The position numbers and the translations under genes were made by a program. A stretch of DNA of 64,000 nt. Origin: Eukaryota sp. TZLM1-RC (lineage: Eukaryota; Protista; Metamonada: BaSk clade). The notes under the pieces were generated by a model. The model was not told the DNA's origin, did no database searches, and saw only the letters and a list, made by a program, of their open reading frames with translations. Positions 57,229-64,000 of the stretch are shown here, in pieces; the first letter of the stretch is position 1; the number at the start of each line of letters is the position of its first letter. Location of the stretch: assembly GCA_040285825.1 (NCBI GenBank), contig JAUPSS010000004.1, positions 6,043,784-6,107,783 of the forward strand. Direction: 5' to 3'.

Positions 57229-59729
57229 CTAACGACCCAAAAACAACTGTTTCATTATAGATAAGGCAGATGCTCCACCTGACCTCTGTCTCCTTGCTTC
57301 TTGTTTAGGTAACTCTGAGCGCAAAGGAACCAGTTCCTTAGATACTGTTGGCAAAAGTCCATCCAAACAGCGAAGAATTTTGCTTTTAGAAACCTGTTTG
57401 AAACCAATATTCTTGTTTATGGTAAGAAAATTCATAGCCAAGTTATAACAAGGTGCGGACGGTTTGTGCAAAAGCAAGAAAAATGTTAGAAACAACAAGT
57501 CAGCTTCGACAACCTCTTCTAGAAATATCCCATAATGAATGTAATGATGAATTGAATCAAACGAATGTTCAGTTTGAATATGGAATAAAAACAACCTCAT
57601 GACATCATTTTTGAAACAAGATAGGAAGTCGTTGGAAAAGTTGAGAACAGGATTGTTGGAACATTGAACATTTGGTCCAAAATGGGTCAAAAGATGATAA
57701 CTTGCCAGCCTGTTTCTTGTTGAAAAGGAATAATGAATCGCATTTTCAATAGAAAAATCATTGAGATTGTCAGTTGGAGTCTTGATTGTATCAAAAAGTG
57801 AGGAGTACGTAAAAATATCAATTTTGAACAAAACAGTCAGCATTTCCACCATTTTTAATAAAATAAATCTACTTGATGTGTGACTTTCTGCATTCGACAA
57901 ATTTTTGAAATTGCGAATGAGTATTTGTAACTGATAAAGGTCCCTTTTTGCAAGTAACGCTTTGGAGAGATAAAAATACACTGGAAATTGAAAATCAAAG
58001 TTTTGGATAAGGCCCATATATTTTTTGAATCTGGCAATAGCTAGGTCAATGATATTAAAATTATTGATCCTATTTGAAAATTCTGTCAATCCAAATTTCT
58101 CAGCAATAAGCTCTATAGCCACGATGGCAAACTGTTGTGTCTCCCCCAAAACTGTATAACTATCCAAGGCTGATAGTAATTGAAAGATATCGGCCATTGA
58201 CTCGAACTCATTGAATAATCTGTCCAACTGATGGGGATACGACATGCTAGAACGTTCTTCAGCACTCATGATTAATTTTGAGTGATGAATTATTTTTCTA
58301 AAATGACTGAGATCTAAATAGGGCAATCCAGATAAATTTAATGTTTCTAGAAAGTTGTTTGTTAAATTTTTCCAGACCACACAAGGATTCAGTTGAGCAA
58401 ATGGCTGAGTCATCATATATTGAGTCAATTCTTCAGCAAATTCTTCTCTTTCTGCCGCAAAATGTCCAGCTAAACGTTGAACAGAAGAAATTGATCTTGC
58501 TCTATTCTCCAAGTAATCATTTACTGCATGGAAGAAGTTCATTGAAGTACTCAATGGATGCTGTGAAGTGAGATCAGCCTCAATAATATTTGAAAAATTC
58601 AAATTATTGACACTACTGTTCAAATAGGAACAATAGAGGGCAGCGCCTTGATAAACACTTGATTTAAAATCAAAGTTGCGAACATTTACTTCAGGAAAGC
58701 GCTCCATGAGAGTAGACCTGACTTGTTCAATTCTAGAAATACCTCCAGTCAAAATTATAGTGGTACATCTATACAATTCAATTGCTCTTTGAATAATGGT
58801 GAATGCAAAAAAGAACACGTGTTTAATGAGTAAGGGCTCAAATTCGCTGTACTTGATGACCAAAGGTGACACGTCAGCAATACAGTCAAAAAGGTCAAAT
58901 AATAACCTGACCCGTCTTGACCGTTCTCTACAGAATTTTAAGCGAAATTCTTGACATTTTTCCAAAAGCAATCTTCTGGTAACAGCATCAGTGGTCAACT
59001 TTTCAAAACCAAATGGGTCTTCTGTTTGAATATGATCTAGAACCAATTGATAAAGCTCTTGATCGATTGCTTGACCTGAGAATTCGTTAGTTACACTGAA
59101 AGAGTTTTGAATAAATTTGCATTGAGTTCCAACGGCATTAAATGCAACAATATCAGTGAATGAATAACCAAGATTGCAAGCCAAGAAGGTACCGTCTTTA
59201 GGGGCTTCTCTCTCAAAGAACCTGATGGCTACAGATACTGATGCAGGAATGATGGAATGAACTTCGATGCCGGCAGCTTGGAAAGCCAGGAGAAGGAGCG
59301 AAGCACCAGAGTAATGAGGATCCGAGAGAGATGCTGAATGAGAAACCACAGCAGAAACTTTTCCATGATGATTCAGTCTACGTTTCATCTTACATAAGGC
59401 AACGAACAGTGGAAAAATAGCAGGTAAAGAGAGCGGTACTCCGTCGATTGAAACAGCAAGTGTAGAATGTATGTTGTGTGTACTAAAAGGAAGCACAGGT
59501 TCGTCAGTGTGCAGAGAGTTAATGATAATCGTACTGGTGTCGTCGACAAGCTCGACGTCTTCTAAAGATGAAAACTGTTGAACAGAGAATGGTTGGTGAA
59601 GTTGACTTGAGTGAGCACCAAATATGGAGGTACATACTTAAGTGGAAACGATACTGGATCTCTGAAACTACCATTTTCATAGATAGATACGTAAAAATCT
59701 TGACAAGAAATGTCTACTCCAAGCAACAT
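57229..59729 (-). CDS. Highly divergent Hsp70-like NBD plus unknown helical C-terminal region (intron 59606-59637)
   Basis: LLGVDIS, AFQAAGI, ACNLGYSFTD, FSGQAID, IILTGGISRIEQV, VYQGAALY: NBD motifs in order but degenerate. Confidence 0.75.
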
Positions 59730-60068
59730 TGAAGCGTTAACGGATGCACAACACAATGTACTTTCAATGTTGTGTAAAATGAGGGAACAAACAACATAAT
59801 GTCAACAGCCGTCACCAGACAAAATAGACAACCACATCCTCAAGCAAAGATAGGCCCACTTGAGTACTCGAATAATACTGCTATTCAAAACAAGGCACTG
59901 GAAACACAAAGCAAGATGTGATAGATTTGTCATTCATAGATGTTGGGAATGCCAACTTCAACCAAGACAATCAAGATAGAGTTCAAATGTCAATCAATGT
60001 CATCACAAGAGACATGCTGAGACAGAGTACTCTGTACTTTTGATTTCTTCATTGCTCTCGTGTCCTTG

Positions 60069-63000
60069 ATGCCATTCTTTGGGGTGGATCTGGGAGCTGA
60101 CAAATGTCGTCTCTGTTCCTTAGATTCTTATGGAAGGTTTGTACATTGTAATTCGTTCACCAAAGGCCAATTCAAATATCTTCGATCCCCACTGCTGTTG
60201 CCATTTCTAATGGTGTAACTCTTTGTGGTGATGATGCTCTTGATTTACTACAAGAAGAAGCCACAGTTGGAGTTCAAGGATTTAAACTTTTACTTGGACA
60301 GAAATACTGTTCCCCTGAGATCCAGAATGAAGTACCTCATTTGCCATTCATTGTTCAGTCTTCAGACGAAGGTGAGTGTGTCATTGAGCTTGAGAACAAC
60401 CAGTATACGGCCACTGAACTATATGCCATTATTCTGGAAACGCTAAAATCTCAGCATCAATCTGATTATAACACCACCGTTAGCAACGTTGTTCTTTCTG
60501 TACCTTCGTTCTTCAACGACAGACAAAGAACTGCTCTCATAAGTGCTGCTCGCATGACTGACCTAACACCTCTCGGTTTAATTCAGGAATCGTTAGCAGC
60601 CGCTCTAGCGTTTCAACAACACACCTCCTCACGACTTATTGGTAAATCTGTACTTGTCTTTGACCTTGGTGCTAGCAAACTCGACGTCACAATCCTCAAA
60701 GGTGATGATCTTTCAATTCTCTCCAACAGTAGTACTCAAATGGTCTCTTGTTCCAAATTTGATGACGTTATTTTTGATTGGTTTTGCAACCACGCGTCTT
60801 CTCAGCTCCCACAAAGCGTAATTAATAATGTCGATTTCAGACAACAGTTACAACTAAAATCAAGACAGGCGAAGGAAACTCTATCACAAAGTCCATCCGC
60901 TTTTATTTCTATCGAAGGTTCTAGTTTCAAAAAATCAATAAAACTTTCTGATTTTGAAAGGGAATCAGATTTGTTCTTCGTTGCAACAATGCGCATGGTG
61001 AACACTGCTCTCAAATCAGCTGGCTTGAGCGCTGAATGTGTCAATGAGGTTATTATGGTTGGAGCCGGGTCTAATATTCCCAGAATGAAACAAATGCTTA
61101 GAGATAAGTTTGGTAATACTAAAGTTAAGGTTGATTTTCCGAGAGACGTCATGGTGGTAAAGGGTCTTGCCTTGCTGAACAACTTTGCACATTTGGAACG
61201 TCATCTTATTAATATTCCTCAACAGGTACCAAATGAACGAATGGATAAGCATGCTGTGAGAACTTGGAAAAGTCATTTAATACAACTGAGGGATGAACTA
61301 GAGGCGAAAATCTCTGATCCTGGATTAAAACTGTCAAAAGCACAGATTAATCAGTTCAAGAAGATAATTAAAAACATCACCACGGAATTGGGTAATAGAA
61401 ATACTGCAAATAATTTGGCGTCGGTTTACCAAAAAGCTATACAAGATCAGAATGAGAATCTTGGTGCAGATGGTGTTGAAGATCGTCAGTTATTAACTAC
61501 TGCCAGTCCATATAAGTCATCAGGACAATCACTTGTTCATTCAATGTTCAATACAGCAGCTATACCACCAGCAAGTGGTATCAAGGAGCCTCCCAATGAT
61601 CCAAACAATCCTTTTAAATCATCAGGAAAACCACTTGTTCATCAGATATTCAATACTAGGACGAGGCCACAATCAAATGATGCTCGTAGTGAACGAACTG
61701 TTAACCATTCAGATGTTGCGATAGATCTTGATCCTGAATTTAGATTTCTGGCACAAACACCTTCTCCAAAAGCACGAAGACCTGCTTCCAACCCAAATGA
61801 TCAACCAAATAGTGATGAGGACAAAGGTTTGACCCTGGCAAAATCAATCAAAAAATGTAAGGGTTGCTTGTTTTATCTTTTTCTCATATCTATTTTTGTC
61901 TTTCTATTCGTTGGTGTCCCTTTTACCACGACTTTTGATGTTGTATCAACATTATTCTGCCCATCTTCAGTTTTAACCGATGCTGGCCATGTTTCCTTTT
62001 CTCATCGTAATCCTGAGTTCAATCTGCACCATGCATCATTTGGATACTATTTTGAAAGTGAAGTTTATTATAACTATGAATTTGATGAAGTTCCTGAAGT
62101 TTTTGTTGCAATCCTCAATGTTGAAACGTCCAAACAAATCGCCTTTGATGTTAATGTTTCTTATAAAACTAAGACACATTTCCTGTTGATCATTCGAACG
62201 CAAGCTCCTTTGGAATATCCACGAGAAATTTTTCTAGATGGTGTAGGAATCACTTGGGTAGCAGTAGGGACCATGTGTACCAAAGAACAATTAGCTTACA
62301 GTAACTCTCAATTTGCATTTATCAATGGTAATTCAAATTGGAAGCTCAATTCAGTCACGCCTTTTTCCTACCAAAATTCAAATGATATCATTATCTTATC
62401 AGCCTTTCAGGGAGTCTATTTCGAAGGACTTGATGGTTTTAATGATATTCAGCAAGAAACCTCTATTTCAGAGGAACCAAAAAGCCACAATTTAAAAGTT
62501 GATGCTGTATTCACTAGTGAAGGTTCTGTTCAGGAATTTCGACACAATAGTTTAAGCTTTAATTATTCTGAAGCCAGATACAACACAATTGATATAGGCC
62601 AATTTCAAATTAACCAAGGCCTTGGTGACAGTGGTCAATTTGCTTTAAAAGTCGATTTTTCTTTTGAATTCACCAGAGTCCCAAATGTTTTTGTCTTTTT
62701 GGATGGTTTCCAAACCTATAATTCTTCTCTATCATATAGAATTGAAGTCGTTGAAATTCTGTTCACTAGTTTCACAGTAAATATCAATATGTTAAGTGAT
62801 TCACCAATGAAAATTTGGTTTAACTTTATCGCAATTGATGAAAATTTTGACACATTCGATGCTGTAGACCTTATTCTATTTTCAATTTTCCTCTGCTTAC
62901 TCATCACAGCTTTGTTGCTGGAATTGCACAAACCTAACCTTGTTGGAGCTTACAACACTGATGAAGAGCAGTACCATAACCTAGGTGATTATACCCATGT

Positions 63001-64000
63001 GGCCAATTATACACCTCCCAAACCAGAAGAGGTATCCAAAGCTGGTTCATATATACCTCGTGATATTAAGTGGCTTGAATGTCTTACTGAATGGAGAAAT
63101 GTCAAGCAAGATTTTTCAGAAACCAAACGTGACACTTTTGGAATTATATTTTGGATGGTGTTTGGAATGATATTGCTAGTATTTTTACTACTATTTTACA
63201 GGGAATTTATCCTGGCCACCAAGTTCTTCCATTCTGTTCAATCAGTCTATATAACACTGTTTATCCTTGGTCTGGAACATTTCCTCATTGTGTTGGCATT
63301 TTTCACGGTGACGTGGCCTCCACATAGAATGGTAAAGGGTTATAATCACAATCCATCGAACGTTGCAGTGCTTATTGCTAGTCATATGAGTGCTGGTAAA
63401 GATCCACAATTAGTTAAGAAAGACACAAAAAAGAATTTCTTTAAATATGATGAATCAAAGTTAAAAGAAAACCAATCAAATGTACAAGCACAATTCACCC
63501 GTGCTCTCAGACTTGCCTCAGATAGTGTGGCTAATGGCAATGTTTACGTCTGTCACAACACAGGAGATGAAGCTCCCCATCCTACTGATAAGACTGTCAG
63601 GATCATTCGTAATGTAGAGGCTTGGGGAAGGAAGGTCAACTACGTATGTGTTGTTGCAATTGTTCTAACAATCAGGTATATATTCCAGCTGGCAACAAGA
63701 CATTTTGTCTTTACTACGTGTGTTTCATGTCATTTACCTAAACATAGGTGGCCAAAAATATTTTGGGAAATAGAAAAGATATTGATTATGTCGTGATTAT
63801 GGATGATGACGTTGTAATTCCCCGTGATATGAGTTGGCAAACACATAGGCTGAAGAAAGACAATGTCTGTGGTGCTGTCGTTACAATCAGGGCTGATATC
63901 AATGATCCTGAAAAGAGTGGGTTTAGGAGAAGAAAGTTACTTGTATGGTTTCAGGACCTCGAATATTTGCTCTCAGGGTTGATGAAGCAATGTCAGAGCA
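60069..64000 (+). CDS. Fusion: Hsp70-like NBD - TM - H-type-lectin repeats - 3 TM - processive GT2 domain (introns 60137-60165, 63644-63675, 63718-63747; 3' partial)
   Basis: FGVDLG, SVPSFFNDRQR, VFDLGASKLD, KETLS, MVGAGSNIP; V.F...F..VP.VFV repeats; VAVLIASH, YIPAGNK, YVVIMDDDV, FQDLEY after splicing. Confidence 0.8.

Overview
Nuclear DNA of an AT-rich microbial eukaryote, with 27-36 bp spliceosomal introns and the standard code in host genes. About half the window (5.97-38.83 kb) is a tandem 5S rDNA array of 65 full copies and 1 truncated copy in a ~379-bp unit. Four retroelement insertions from three families interrupt it. These are a 1.1-kb Gag-only LTR element with identical 141-bp LTRs, a 5'-truncated CRE-like RLE non-LTR element just upstream of a 5S gene (14-bp TSD), and two ~2.9-kb copies of a second CRE-like RT-RLE element at one spacer site. 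The left flank has a DUF1963/YwqG gene, gypsy integrase debris, a transcriptional cyclin and XRCC4. The right flank has DJ-1/PfpI, a probable solo LTR, a Moco-sulfurase-like gene, BCP1, more retroelement debris and a terminal nucleotidyltransferase with four Cys-containing MA3-like repeats. It ends in a cluster of three atypical Hsp70 genes: one with a vWA domain inside the substrate-binding domain, one pseudo-ATPase, and one fused to H-type-lectin repeats, TM helices and a processive GT2 domain that runs off the window end. All domain calls come from motifs recognised by eye; no searches were run.
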